This document shows, in pieces, positions 32,264 through 43,183 of a DNA stretch of 64,000 bases. The stretch lies in NCBI RefSeq assembly GCF_003018235.1, contig NZ_CP027437.1; one strand, 5' to 3'. How positions within the stretch are numbered: the first letter of the stretch is position 1; every line of letters begins with the position of its first letter. Made by a program: the position numbers and the translations under genes. The notes beneath the pieces are model-generated. The model worked only from the letters and a program-made list of their open reading frames with translations. It ran no database searches and had not been told where the DNA came from. The DNA comes from Escherichia coli (GTDB lineage: Bacteria > Pseudomonadota > Gammaproteobacteria > Enterobacterales > Enterobacteriaceae).

Positions 32264-35200
32264 ATGGCAGTAAAGATTTCAGGTGTACTGAAAGACGGCA
32301 CAGGAAAACCGGTACAGAACTGCACAATCCAGCTGAAAGCAAAACGTAACAGCACCACGGTGGTGGTGAACACGCTGGCCTCAGAAAATCCGGATGAAGC
32401 CGGGCGTTACAGTATGGACGTTGAGTATGGTCAGTACAGCGTTATTCTGTTGGTGGAGGGATTCCCGCCGTCACATGCCGGGACTATCACCGTGTATGAA
32501 GATTCTCAACCCGGTACGCTGAATGATTTTCTCGGTGCCATGACGGAGGATGATGCCCGTCCGGAGGCACTGCGCCGTTTTGAAGTGATGGTGGAAGAGG
32601 TGGCGCGTAACGCGTCCGCAGTGGCACAGAACACGGCAGCCGCGAAGAAGTCAGCCGGCGATGCCAGCACATCAGCCCGTGAGGCGGCAACCCATGCGAC
32701 TGATGCTGCAGACTCAGCACGCGCAGCCAGCACGTCAGCCGGACAGGCCGTGTCGTCGGCTCAGTCAGCGTCTTCCAGCGCAGGAACTGCATCAGCAAAG
32801 GCCACTGAAGCATCAAAAAGTGCTGCCGCTGCAGAGTCCTCAAAAAGCGCGGCGGCCACCAGTGCCGGTGCGGCAAAAACGTCAGAAACGAATGCTTCAG
32901 CGTCACAACAATCAGCAGCCACTTCTGCATCCACCGCGACCACGAAAGCGTCAGAAGCTGCCACCTCAGCCCGGGATGCGGCGGCCTCAAAAGAGGCAGC
33001 GAAATCATCAGAAACGAACGCATCCTCGAGCGCCAGTAGTTCCGCTTCCTCGGCAACGGCGGCAGGAAATTCCGCGAAGGCGGCAAAAACGTCCGAGACG
33101 AACGCCAGGTCTTCTGAGACGGCAGCGGGACAGAGCGCCTCAGCTGCGGCAGGCTCAAAAACAGCGGCTGCATCATCTGCCAGTGCCGCGTCAACAAGTG
33201 CCGGGCAGGCCTCAGCCAGTGCCACTGCCGCCGGAAAATTGGCAGAAAGCGCTGCATTGTCCGCTTCAACAGCCACAACGAAGGCTGGCGAAGCCGCTGA
33301 ACAGGCCAGCGCAGCAGCGAGGTCTGCATCCGCAGCGAAGACATCCGAAACGAACGCGAAAGCGTCGGAAACCAGTGCAGAATCCTCAAAAACGGCAGCT
33401 GCATCGTCCGCCAGTTCGGCGGCGTCATCGGCATCATCTGCGTCTGCTTCAAAAGATGAGGCGACCAGACAGGCATCAGCAGCGAAAGGCAGCGCCACGA
33501 CGGCATCCACGAAGGCGACAGAGGCTGCTGGCAGTGCGACGGCGGCAGCACAGAGCAAGAATACGGCAGAATCCGCAGCAACGCGCGCCGAGACAGCAGC
33601 TAAACGGGCAGAGGATATTGCATCCGCCGTGGCGCTTGAGGATGCAAGTACGACGAAAAAGGGGATAGTACAGCTCAGCAGTGCGACCAACAGTTCGTCT
33701 GAAACGCTGGCGGCAACGCCAAAGGCAGTAAAATCAGCCTATGACAATGCAGAGAAACGTCTGCAGAAAGACCAGAACGGCGCTGATATACCCGATAAGG
33801 GACGCTTCCTGAACAACATTAACGCGGTCAGTAAAACAGACTTTGCTGATAAGCGTGGTATGCGTTATGTGCGGGTTAACGCTCCTGCAGGTGCAATATC
33901 TGGAAAATATTACCCTGTTGTTGTTATGCGTTCTGCTGGCTCAGTAAGCGAACTGGCATCAAGGGTCATTATCACCACGGCAACGCGAACCGCAGGCGAT
34001 CCGATGAATAACTGCGAGTTTAACGGATTTGTTATGCCTGGTGGCTGGACTGACAGGGGGCGTTATGCTTATGGAATGTTCTGGCAATATCAAAACAATG
34101 AACGAGCCATCCACTCAATAATGATGAGTAATAAGGGCGATGATTTGCGCTCTGTGTTCTATGTTGATGGCGCTGCTTTCCCTGTTTTTGCGTTTATCGA
34201 AGATGGCCTGTCAATATCCGCACCTGGTGCTGATCTCGTTGTTAATGATACGACCTATAAGTTTGGGGCAACAAATCCGGCGACTGAATGTATCGCGGCG
34301 GACGTTATCCTTGATTTTAAGAGTGGGCGTGGTTTTTATGAGTCTCATTCGTTAATTGTTAACGATAACTTGTCGTGCAAAAAACTTTTTGCCACAGACG
34401 AAATTGTAGCGCGTGGTGGTAATCAGATTCGAATGATAGGTGGGGAGTATGGTGCATTATGGCGTAATGATGGCGCTAAAACTTACCTGCTGCTTACCAA
34501 TCGAGGTGATGTTTATGGTGGCTGGAATACATTAAGACCGTTTGCTATTGATAACGCAACCGGCGAACTGGTTATTGGAACCAAACTGTCCGCAAGTCTG
34601 AACGGTAATGCATTAACAGCAACAAAGCTGCAAACGCCAAGACTGGTTTCTGGTGTTGAGTTTGATGGTTCCAAAGATATTACTTTAACCGCCGCGCATG
34701 TGGCTGCTTTTGCCAGAAGGGCAACGGATACATATGCCGATGCGGATGGTGGCGTTCCCTGGAATGCCGAATCAGGCGCTTACAATGTCACCCGCTCTGG
34801 CGACAGCTATATTCTGGTTAACTTCTATACCGGAGTCGGAAGTTGCCGGACCCTGCAGATGAAGGCGCATTACAGAAATGGTGGTCTGTTCTACCGTTCT
34901 TCAAGAGATGGCTATGGTTTTGAGGAAGACTGGGCAGAAGTTTATACCTCGAAAAATCTTCCACCAGAAAGCTACCCAGTCGGCGCACCAATCCCGTGGC
35001 CATCAGATACCGTTCCGTCTGGTTATGCCCTGATGCAGGGGCAGACTTTTGACAAATCTGCCTACCCGAAACTTGCAGCCGCTTATCCGTCAGGCGTGAT
35101 CCCTGATATGCGTGGCTGGACGATTAAGGGCAAGCCCGCCAGTGGTCGTGCCGTATTGTCTCAGGAACAGGATGGCATTAAATCGCATACCCACAGCGCC

Positions 35201-35677
35201 AGCGCATCCAGTACGGATTTGGGGACGAAAACCACATCGTCGTTTGATTACGGCACTAAATCCACGAATAACACCGGGGCGCATACGCACAGTCTGAGTG
35301 GCTCTACGGGGTCTGCCGGTGCTCATACTCATGGTAATGGTATTCGTTGGCCAGGAGGCGGCGGTTCTGCGTTAGCATTTTATGATGGCGGTGGGTTCAC
35401 TTATGTCCAGGATTCACAGTATCAAGTAAGCCCGGGGACTTCTTCCAGTAGATCGTATTATCAACGTATTCAGACACAGTCAGCAGGTGCTCATACCCAC
35501 TCGCTGTCTGGTACTGCAGCAAATGCTGGCGCACATGCACATACTGTAGGTATTGGTGCGCATACGCACTCGGTTGCGATTGGGTCACATGGACACACCA
35601 TCACCGTTAACGCTGCTGGTAACGCGGAAAACACCGTCAAAAACATCGCATTTAACTATATTGTGAGGCTCGCATAA
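32264..35677 (+). CDS. stf: Side tail fibre protein Stf
   Basis: N-terminus [26 protein letters not shown]; ~330-residue Ala/Ser/Thr-rich repeat region; C-terminal GAHTHS His-x-His repeats. Confidence 0.9.
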   Translation: MAVKISGVLKDGTGKPVQNCTIQLKAKRNSTTVVVNTLASENPDEAGRYSMDVEYGQYSVILLVEGFPPSHAGTITVYEDSQPGTLNDFLGAMTEDDARPEALRRFEVMVEEVARNASAVAQNTAAAKKSAGDASTSAREAATHATDAADSARAASTSAGQAVSSAQSASSSAGTASAKATEASKSAAAAESSKSAAATSAGAAKTSETNASASQQSAATSASTATTKASEAATSARDAAASKEAAKSSETNASSSASSSASSATAAGNSAKAAKTSETNARSSETAAGQSASAAAGSKTAAASSASAASTSAGQASASATAAGKLAESAALSASTATTKAGEAAEQASAAARSASAAKTSETNAKASETSAESSKTAAASSASSAASSASSASASKDEATRQASAAKGSATTASTKATEAAGSATAAAQSKNTAESAATRAETAAKRAEDIASAVALEDASTTKKGIVQLSSATNSSSETLAATPKAVKSAYDNAEKRLQKDQNGADIPDKGRFLNNINAVSKTDFADKRGMRYVRVNAPAGAISGKYYPVVVMRSAGSVSELASRVIITTATRTAGDPMNNCEFNGFVMPGGWTDRGRYAYGMFWQYQNNERAIHSIMMSNKGDDLRSVFYVDGAAFPVFAFIEDGLSISAPGADLVVNDTTYKFGATNPATECIAADVILDFKSGRGFYESHSLIVNDNLSCKKLFATDEIVARGGNQIRMIGGEYGALWRNDGAKTYLLLTNRGDVYGGWNTLRPFAIDNATGELVIGTKLSASLNGNALTATKLQTPRLVSGVEFDGSKDITLTAAHVAAFARRATDTYADADGGVPWNAESGAYNVTRSGDSYILVNFYTGVGSCRTLQMKAHYRNGGLFYRSSRDGYGFEEDWAEVYTSKNLPPESYPVGAPIPWPSDTVPSGYALMQGQTFDKSAYPKLAAAYPSGVIPDMRGWTIKGKPASGRAVLSQEQDGIKSHTHSASASSTDLGTKTTSSFDYGTKSTNNTGAHTHSLSGSTGSAGAHTHGNGIRWPGGGGSALAFYDGGGFTYVQDSQYQVSPGTSSSRSYYQRIQTQSAGAHTHSLSGTAANAGAHAHTVGIGAHTHSVAIGSHGHTITVNAAGNAENTVKNIAFNYIVRLA

Positions 35678-36252
35678 TGGCATTCAGAATGAGTGAACAA
35701 GCACGGACCATAAAAATTTATAACCTGCTGGCCGGAACTAATGAATTTATTGGTGAAGGTGACGCATATATTCCTCCTCATACAGGTCTGCCTGCAAACA
35801 GTACCGATATTGCACCGCCAGATATTCCGGCTGGCTTTGTGGCTGTTTTCAACAGTGATGAGGCATCGTGGCATCTCGTTGAAGACCATCGGGGAAAAAC
35901 GGTCTATGACGTGGCTTCCGGCGACGCGTTATTTATTTCTGAACTCGGCTCATTACCGGAAAATGTCACCTGGTTATCCCCGGAAGGGGAGTTTCAGAAG
36001 TGGAACGGTACAGCCTGGGTGAAGGATACGGAAGCAGAAAAACTGTTCCGGATCCGGGAGGCGGAAGAAACAAAAAACAGCCTGATGCAGGTAGCCAGTG
36101 AGCATATAGCGCCGCTTCAGGATGCTGTGGATCTGGAGATCGCAACGGAGGAAGAAACCTTGTTGCTGGAAGCCTGGAAAAAGTATCGGGTGTTGCTGAA
36201 CCGTGTTGATACATCAACTGCACCGGATATTGAATGGCCAGCCCTACCGTAG
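35677..36252 (+). CDS. tfa: Tail fibre assembly protein Tfa
   Basis: 191 aa; start overlaps stf stop (ATAATGG). Confidence 0.85.
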   Translation: MAFRMSEQARTIKIYNLLAGTNEFIGEGDAYIPPHTGLPANSTDIAPPDIPAGFVAVFNSDEASWHLVEDHRGKTVYDVASGDALFISELGSLPENVTWLSPEGEFQKWNGTAWVKDTEAEKLFRIREAEETKNSLMQVASEHIAPLQDAVDLEIATEEETLLLEAWKKYRVLLNRVDTSTAPDIEWPALP

Positions 36253-36349
36253 GGTAAGATATATAAATTCTATAATTAGAAGTATCTTTCCATTTAAGGC
36301 TAGGAAGGGGGGCTTGGAAAACGTAAGGAATCTCACACCGAGATTATTT

Positions 36350-36940
36350 TTATATATCAGGTGTCTGATTTTTTGCTTTAGCTCTTAAAATGGTTTGCCG
36401 CGAGGTTTTGAATTCTTGGGCAATGTCACTTATATTTATACCTGACTTAATTTGCTCTAGTACCCTCTGTATTTGTTCATCATTTAACACAGGTGGGCGA
36501 CCAAATCGCTTTCCTGCGCCCCGTGCTCTTAATATCCCTGAATGAGTACGCTCAAGTAAAAGGTCTCGCTCAAATTCAGCGACTGCTGAAATTACTTGCA
36601 TCATCATTTTTCCAGGTGGACTGGTCAGGTCAACGCCCCCCAATGCTAAGCAATGCACTTTGATACCTGCTTTGGTCAGTTGTTCCACCGTTTTACTGAT
36701 ATCCATTGGATTACAACCGAGGCGATCCAGTTTTGTGACAATCAATGCATCACCTCTTTTCAGTCGATCAAGCAACTGGTTAAAACCAGGACGCTCACTG
36801 GTTGCTGCTGAGCCGCTAATTTGTTCTTCAATTATTTGCTGAGATTTGATGTTAAAACCTGCACTTTCGATTTCCCGACGTTGATTTTTGGTTGTCTGTT
36901 CCAGAGTTGATACCCGACAGTAAGCATAAATTCGAGACAT
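36350..36940 (-). CDS. pinQ: Serine recombinase (Pin/Gin-type DNA invertase homologue), 196 aa
   Basis: N-terminal catalytic YCRVSTLEQ and C-terminal HTH; matches K-12 PinQ in size and position. Confidence 0.85.
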   Translation of the reverse strand: MSRIYAYCRVSTLEQTTKNQRREIESAGFNIKSQQIIEEQISGSAATSERPGFNQLLDRLKRGDALIVTKLDRLGCNPMDISKTVEQLTKAGIKVHCLALGGVDLTSPPGKMMMQVISAVAEFERDLLLERTHSGILRARGAGKRFGRPPVLNDEQIQRVLEQIKSGINISDIAQEFKTSRQTILRAKAKNQTPDI

Positions 36941-37258
36941 AGTGAGATCTTCTATACGAAATTGGTGTACATATCATAATGCATCTCAGAAAATAATTTT
37001 GATTATTTTTGTACATATTTGTATGTACACGTTCGAAAATAAACGAATGCGTATGCAACCCCGTAATTTTGGTGAGACCCAAAATCGATTTTGTGAAAAA
37101 TGGCCTTAACTCGGTTTGTTTTTCGAGTTCCGGGGGGACTCAAGGAAGAAGAATAGTGTTGCGTGTTATTTTAACCAGATTTCAAGTTGTTTGGTCGTGA
37201 AAAAGTGGAGCAAAATGTTGTTAAAGTGGAAAAATGATAAAAAAGTAAGTTTATTATA

Positions 37259-37492
37259 TTACATTTTACCATTTAAATTTTTGTTGTCTTTAAGAACTGA
37301 TATCGCTGTTTGTAATAATTCTTTGTTATCCAGCCATGACTTTTTCTTTATGTTTCCTTCAATGTAATCAAGCAATGTTCTGGTATTGATAGGTCTTCCC
37401 TGTTTTGCTACTTCCACTACAGCATCCCCTAGGATAATTCTTACTTCAGGAAGCTGCGCAGGGAACCACTTTAGGGTGTCTTTTGATTTCAT
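37259..37492 (-). CDS. ydfK: Small protein YdfK (YnaE family), 77 aa
   Basis: MKSKDTLKWFPAQLPEVRIILGDAVVEVAKQGRPINTRTLLDYIEGNIKKKSWLDNKELL... Confidence 0.85.
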   Translation of the reverse strand: MKSKDTLKWFPAQLPEVRIILGDAVVEVAKQGRPINTRTLLDYIEGNIKKKSWLDNKELLQTAISVLKDNKNLNGKM

Positions 37493-38277
37493 GAAGATAT
37501 TCCTTAAAATATTATTGATTTTCATTGCGATATTGTATGTCTGATTCAGGATATGTTGACTTATACATCGGTTTTGTCTGGGTTATTGGATATGCCAATC
37601 CCTAATTTTATTAGAGCATGACTAAAAATGCTGAATATGATAAGGAGCGAAGTGATTATCAGTATGCTGTTCATATAGCCTCGAATTAGTAATGTGTTAT
37701 ATATGATATAGTTGACAATTTTTATCCTGGGTGTTCTTAAAGTTCGTAGATAAACATTGTCGTTTCAGGTATACAGGAATGCTAACAGGTGGCGGCAAAA
37801 ATCAGGCGGTTTATGGCGCAAGCTGAAGTGGCAACTGCAAACTATCTTATGCAGAGACTCTACACGGATTGGGTTTAAAAGTATACATAGATAACAGTTT
37901 TTATCTGAAGAAGAAAAATATCAAGGTGATATAGCCTATATGCCTTTGATGCGGAGGAATGAATGTGATGGGAGTGATGTATCTGAATAGTTGAAAAACC
38001 GCAGACACGCCTTATGCAAGAACGTGCTGCGGTTGGCTGGTAAATTTTTCGATAGTGCGAGTATTGAATGATTTCCAGCCGTTATTGATTTTACGCGTAA
38101 ATCCATGAAAAAACTACTTATCTGTTGGGGAGTTTTTTTGGGGCATATATGGGACAGAAATAGGCCCCAGATAGACACTGAGATCGAACTTAGGATGCTT
38201 TTTAAAAAATGCAACTATCTGAAAAAACCTAGAAAACGCCAAGGAAACCACAGGATGGGAAAAAACACCTGTGAATT

Positions 38278-39561
38278 ATGGATTTCCAGTTATATTCGCT
38301 CGGCGCAGCGTTAGTGTTTCATGAAATATTTTTTCCTGAATCATCAACGGCAATGGCGTTAATTCTGGCAATGGGAACCTACAGTGCAGGTTATGTGGCG
38401 CGTATTGTCGGAGCATTTATTTTCGGCAAAATGGGCGACAGAATCGGGCGTAAAAAAGTGCTCTTTATTACCATCACTATGATGGGGATCTGTACCACCT
38501 TAATTGGTGTGCTGCCGACCTATGCACAAATTGGTGTGTTTGCGCCAATTTTGCTGGTGACGCTGCGTATTATTCAGGGGCTGGGGGCAGGCGCGGAAAT
38601 TTCCGGTGCCGGCACGATGCTGGCGGAATATGCACCAAAAGGTAAGCGCGGAATTATCTCCTCATTTGTGGCTATGGGAACTAACTGCGGAACCTTGAGC
38701 GCAACGGCAATCTGGGCCTTTATGTTCTTCATTCTCAGTAAAGAGGAACTGCTGGCGTGGGGATGGCGTATACCGTTCCTGGCGAGCGTTGTCGTGATGG
38801 TCTTTGCTATCTGGTTGCGTATGAATCTGAAAGAAAGCCCGGTCTTTGAGAAGGTTAACGACAGCAACCAACCGACAGCAAAACCTGCACCTGCTGGTAG
38901 CATGTTCCAGAGCAAATCCTTCTGGCTGGCAACAGGGCTGCGTTTTGGTCAGGCTGGTAACTCCGGTTTAATTCAGACTTTCCTTGCAGGCTATTTAGTA
39001 CAGACGTTATTGTTTAACAAAGCAATTCCAACAGATGCATTGATGATCAGTTCGATTCTCGGCTTTATGACCATTCCGTTCCTTGGTTGGTTATCCGATA
39101 AAATTGGTCGCCGGATCCCGTATATTATTATGAATACCTCCGCGATTGTGCTGGCATGGCCAATGCTTTCTATCATCGTAGATAAAAGCTATGCCCCGAG
39201 CACCATTATGGTGGCACTGATTGTGATTCATAACTGTGCGGTGCTGGGATTATTTGCTCTGGAAAACATTACCATGGCAGAAATGTTCGGCTGTAAAAAC
39301 CGCTTTACCCGGATGGCCATTTCTAAAGAAATTGGTGGTCTTATCGCTTCCGGTTTTGGTCCTATCCTGGCGGGTATTTTCTGCACCATGACGGAGTCCT
39401 GGTATCCGATCGCCATTATGATCATGGCATATTCAGTGATTGGTTTAATCTCTGCGCTGAAAATGCCAGAAGTGAAAGACCGTGATTTAAGTGCGCTGGA
39501 AGACGCTGCGGAAGATCAACCGCGTGTTGTCAGAGCTGCGCAACCTTCCAGAAGTCTTTAA
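38278..39561 (+). pseudogene. ydfJ: MFS metabolite:H+ symporter YdfJ, N-terminally truncated by the prophage insertion
   Basis: 427-aa ProP/KgtP-like transporter ORF; in-frame stop 2 codons upstream of the first Met. Confidence 0.8.
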
Positions 39562-39649
39562 ATCCTCAATCCCTTCTCTTACCGGAGAGGGGATTTTTAT
39601 TCATATAACAAAACATGTAGCTTGCCATATTTAAATTTAAGGAATTGTT

Positions 39650-41110
39650 ATGGGAAATAATTTGTTATCAGCAAAAGCGACGCTCCCTGTTTATGATCGT
39701 AATAACCTGGCCCCAAGAATTGTTCATTTAGGCTTTGGCGCATTTCACCGTGCGCATCAGGGCGTGTATGCCGATATTCTTGCTACAAAACATTTCAGTG
39801 ATTGGGGATATTATGAGGTCAACTTAATCGGCGGCGAACAGCAAATTGCCGATTTACAACAGCAAGATAATCTTTATACCGTTGCGGAAATGTCGGCCGA
39901 TGCGTGGACGGCTCGCGTCGTTGGCGTCGTTAAAAAAGCCTTGCACGTACAGATTGATGGCTTAGAAACCGTGTTGGCTGCGATGTGTGAACCGCAAATC
40001 GCGATTGTCTCTCTGACAATCACCGAAAAAGGGTATTTCCACTCTCCGGCGACCGGACAGTTAATGCTCGATCACCCGATGGTCGTTGCCGACGTACAAA
40101 ATCCCCACCAGCCGAAAACTGCAACAGGGGTGATTGTCGAGGCGCTGGCTCGCCGTAAAGCGGCAGGACTTCCCGCATTTACCGTCATGTCATGTGACAA
40201 CATGCCAGAAAACGGTCATGTTATGCGTGACGTTGTCACTTCCTACGCGCAAGCTGTTGATGTAAAACTGGCACAATGGATCGAAGAAAACGTGACTTTC
40301 CCATCAACAATGGTGGACCGTATTGTGCCCGCAGTGACAGAGGATACGCTGGCGAAAATCGAACAACTTACCGCTGTGCGCGATCCTGCTGGCGTTGCAT
40401 GTGAACCTTTCCGCCAGTGGGTAATAGAAGATAACTTTGTTGCCGGACGTCCGGAATGGGAAAAAGCGGGAGCCGAACTGGTTAGTGATGTGCTGCCTTA
40501 TGAAGAGATGAAGTTGCGCATGCTCAACGGCAGTCATTCATTCCTGGCGTATCTGGGTTATCTTGCCGGATATCAGCACATTAATGACTGCATGGAAGAT
40601 GAACATTATCGTCATGCAGCGTATGCCTTGATGTTGCAGGAACAAGCGCCGACGTTGAAAGTGCAGGGCGTTGATTTGCAAGATTACGCTAATCGATTAA
40701 TTGAACGCTATAGCAACCCGGCGCTACGTCATCGAACCTGGCAGATTGCGATGGATGGCAGCCAGAAATTGCCACAGCGGATGTTGGATTCTGTTCGCTG
40801 GCATCTGGCGCATGACAGCAAGTTCGATCTGCTGGCGCTGGGCGTCGCAGGTTGGATGCGTTATGTCGGTGGTGTTGATGAACAGGGAAATCCGATAGAA
40901 ATCAGTGACCCACTGTTACCTGTTATTCAGAAGGCTGTACAAAGTAGTGCCGAAGGGAAAGCGCGCGTCCAGTCATTGCTGGCGATTAAGGCGATCTTTG
41001 GTGATGATTTGCCAGACAATAGCTTGTTTACTGCAAAAGTGACGGAAGCGTACTTGTCTTTATTAGCGCATGGTGCGAAAGCGACCGTGGCGAAATATTC
41101 CGTGAAGTAA
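39650..41110 (+). CDS. ydfI: Mannitol/mannonate dehydrogenase-family oxidoreductase YdfI
   Basis: 486 aa with N-terminal Rossmann motif GFGAFHRAH. Confidence 0.85.
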   Translation: MGNNLLSAKATLPVYDRNNLAPRIVHLGFGAFHRAHQGVYADILATKHFSDWGYYEVNLIGGEQQIADLQQQDNLYTVAEMSADAWTARVVGVVKKALHVQIDGLETVLAAMCEPQIAIVSLTITEKGYFHSPATGQLMLDHPMVVADVQNPHQPKTATGVIVEALARRKAAGLPAFTVMSCDNMPENGHVMRDVVTSYAQAVDVKLAQWIEENVTFPSTMVDRIVPAVTEDTLAKIEQLTAVRDPAGVACEPFRQWVIEDNFVAGRPEWEKAGAELVSDVLPYEEMKLRMLNGSHSFLAYLGYLAGYQHINDCMEDEHYRHAAYALMLQEQAPTLKVQGVDLQDYANRLIERYSNPALRHRTWQIAMDGSQKLPQRMLDSVRWHLAHDSKFDLLALGVAGWMRYVGGVDEQGNPIEISDPLLPVIQKAVQSSAEGKARVQSLLAIKAIFGDDLPDNSLFTAKVTEAYLSLLAHGAKATVAKYSVK

Positions 41111-41145
41111 AAAAAGCAATGCCGCCATCGGCGGCATTCACACGC

Positions 41146-41349
41146 TTAGTTCATGCCGAGACGAATCAGGTCCAGAGGTGCCAGTTTCTCTTCACAACCT
41201 TCAACAACTACGGTTTTTCCGCGGCGGATTTGCTCAGCGGTCAGACCTTCAGTATCAATCGACAGGATCTTGCCAGTGTGACCGGTGCCGCTAACCATAA
41301 CACGGCTGCCAGTGGTGATTGCGTTACGGTTACGATCGTAGGTCGTCAT
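41146..41349 (-). CDS. ydfZ: Small protein YdfZ (67 aa)
   Basis: [67 protein letters not shown]. Confidence 0.85.
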
Positions 41350-41525
41350 AGGTGTTTTCTCCTTTCTGATTTACAGTCGAAGCCCACGTAACGGGCGCAA
41401 TATAAATACTCCTGTCGAGTGAAATATTTTTTGTTTTTGATCAAGCTCACATCTTTTTTGATGCATGCATGAGCCATAAGGCGGGGGGAAAGACTCTCAC
41501 CCCGGATGGGATGAGAGGAAATGAA

Positions 41526-42212
41526 TTACTCTTCGCTAAACCAGTCGCTGTTTTCCTGACGGATCTGGCGCACGGATTCGCTGATTTCCTGCAAATGTTG
41601 CGTCATTGCACGTTCTACCGCATCGCCATCACGTTTTTGCAGGGCAGAGAAAATCTCAAGATGCTGGCGTAACAGCATTTCTGGTGGAGAAACGTGGTCG
41701 AAACTCATATAGCGCACGCGATCAACGGTCGCTTTCAGGTTCTCAATGGTATCCCACGCCAGTTGACAGTCGGCAATCTGGGTCAGGAGTTGATGGAAGT
41801 TGTCATCAAGTTCAAAAAAATCATCCAGTTGCTTGCGCTCAATGGCAATGCGTTGCTGGTGAAGATTTTGTTCCAGTTGGTAGCACTGGCTTTCGGTAAT
41901 CATGCTCGCCGCCCGACGCGCCACCGCGCACTCAATGGCCTGACGGATAAAACTGCCGTTGCGCACCTGGGCCATGGAAATTTTGTTGACGTAGCTGCCA
42001 CGCTGCGGACGAATTTGAATCAGGCCGTTTTCCGCCAGTTTAATAAAGGCTTCACGAACCGGCTGGCGTGACACATTGAAACGAACAGAAACTTCTTTTT
42101 CCGACAACGGTGTGCCTGGTGCAATCAGGCAATGGACAATGTCGCGACGAAGAATACGATAAATCTGCTGATTGACAGGCTGTGTGGGATTAAGTTGCGT
42201 TTCGACGGTCAT
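41526..42212 (-). CDS. rspR: GntR/FadR-family transcriptional regulator RspR (YdfH)
   Basis: 228 aa with N-terminal winged HTH and C-terminal FCD domain. Confidence 0.8.
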   Translation of the reverse strand: MTVETQLNPTQPVNQQIYRILRRDIVHCLIAPGTPLSEKEVSVRFNVSRQPVREAFIKLAENGLIQIRPQRGSYVNKISMAQVRNGSFIRQAIECAVARRAASMITESQCYQLEQNLHQQRIAIERKQLDDFFELDDNFHQLLTQIADCQLAWDTIENLKATVDRVRYMSFDHVSPPEMLLRQHLEIFSALQKRDGDAVERAMTQHLQEISESVRQIRQENSDWFSEE

Positions 42213-42300
42213 TCGTTCTTGCTTGTGAGTGAGTTAACTGCATGAGTCTACCACTTTTTTGTGACAAGCAATAACCCGGCAGTTACGCCGGGTATAAAAA

Positions 42301-43047
42301 TTACTGACGGTGGACATTCAGTCCGGCATAGCTTTGGGTAACCGGCATCATTTCCAGGGTATTGATATTAACGTGAGCAGGCAGCGTTGACACCCACCAG
42401 ACGGCTTCGCTGACATCTTCTGGCGTCAATGCAACGGTATTTTGATAGGTTTTTTCCGCTTTACCGTCATCGCCTTTAAAGCGGACATTGGAAAACTCGG
42501 TACCACCCACCAGACCCGGTTCGATGTCGGTGACGCGCACCGCCGTACCATGCAGGTCCGTACGCAGATTCAGGCTAAACTGACGAACAAACGCTTTCGT
42601 CGCACCGTAAACGTTACCACCGGCATACGGCCAGCTACCAGCCGTTGAGCCAATGTTAATAATATGACCATGATTACGTTCAACCATACCCGGTAAGACG
42701 GCGCGCGTCATATATACCAGGCCTTTGTTGTTGGTATCAATCATCGTTTCCCAGTCTTCAACGCTGGCTTTATGCGCAGGCTCCATGCCCAACGCCAGAC
42801 CGGCATTATTTACCAGGATATCAATATTGCACCACTCGGCAGGAAGCGATGCCAGCATCTCTTCAATAGCGGCGCGGTTGCGAACGTCCAGTTGGGCGAT
42901 ATACAGATTATCTCCCAGTTCGTCTTTTAACTCCTGCAACCGCTCCTGGCGACGGCCAGTGGCGATAACTTTATGCCCTTGTTGAATAAAACGACGAGTA
43001 ATGCATTCACCAAAACCTGCCGTTGCTCCAGTTACTAAAACGATCAT
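42301..43047 (-). CDS. ydfG: NADP-dependent 3-hydroxy acid dehydrogenase YdfG (SDR family)
   Basis: TGATAGFG cofactor motif and YxxxK active site; 248 aa from the ATG with SD gagga. Confidence 0.9.
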   Translation of the reverse strand: MIVLVTGATAGFGECITRRFIQQGHKVIATGRRQERLQELKDELGDNLYIAQLDVRNRAAIEEMLASLPAEWCNIDILVNNAGLALGMEPAHKASVEDWETMIDTNNKGLVYMTRAVLPGMVERNHGHIINIGSTAGSWPYAGGNVYGATKAFVRQFSLNLRTDLHGTAVRVTDIEPGLVGGTEFSNVRFKGDDGKAEKTYQNTVALTPEDVSEAVWWVSTLPAHVNINTLEMMPVTQSYAGLNVHRQ

Positions 43048-43183
43048 CTCACTGTTCCTCAACGCTTTTGTGTGTCAATAACATAGCACGTGATGCTTAA
43101 GAGCGGGTAATACTGGTTTGCAAGATTGCACTCCGTTATCAGTAAGCCTACGCTATGGAACACCTCGCGTTCAGGAGAAGAAA

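Noticed and set aside
32487-33690. Three long ORFs (364, 335 and 309 aa) overlapping the stf repeat region on various frames and strands
   Set aside because: Artefacts of the repetitive Ala/Ser/Thr-coding DNA; translations are low-complexity poly-Ala/Pro/Arg strings; the stf frame is the one continuous with the conserved N- and C-terminal fibre domains.
36396-36420. gix/hix-like half-site (gaggttttgaattc) near the 3' end of pinQ
   Set aside because: Only one half resembles invertase crossover sites, the other half is not its inverted complement, and it lies inside coding sequence with no partner site found; likely chance or a decayed remnant.
37936-38314. Short ORFs (92 aa on -, 69 aa on +) in the AT-rich segment at the prophage end
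   Set aside because: No SD or start context and no recognisable motifs; they span the presumed att junction, so are probably non-coding.
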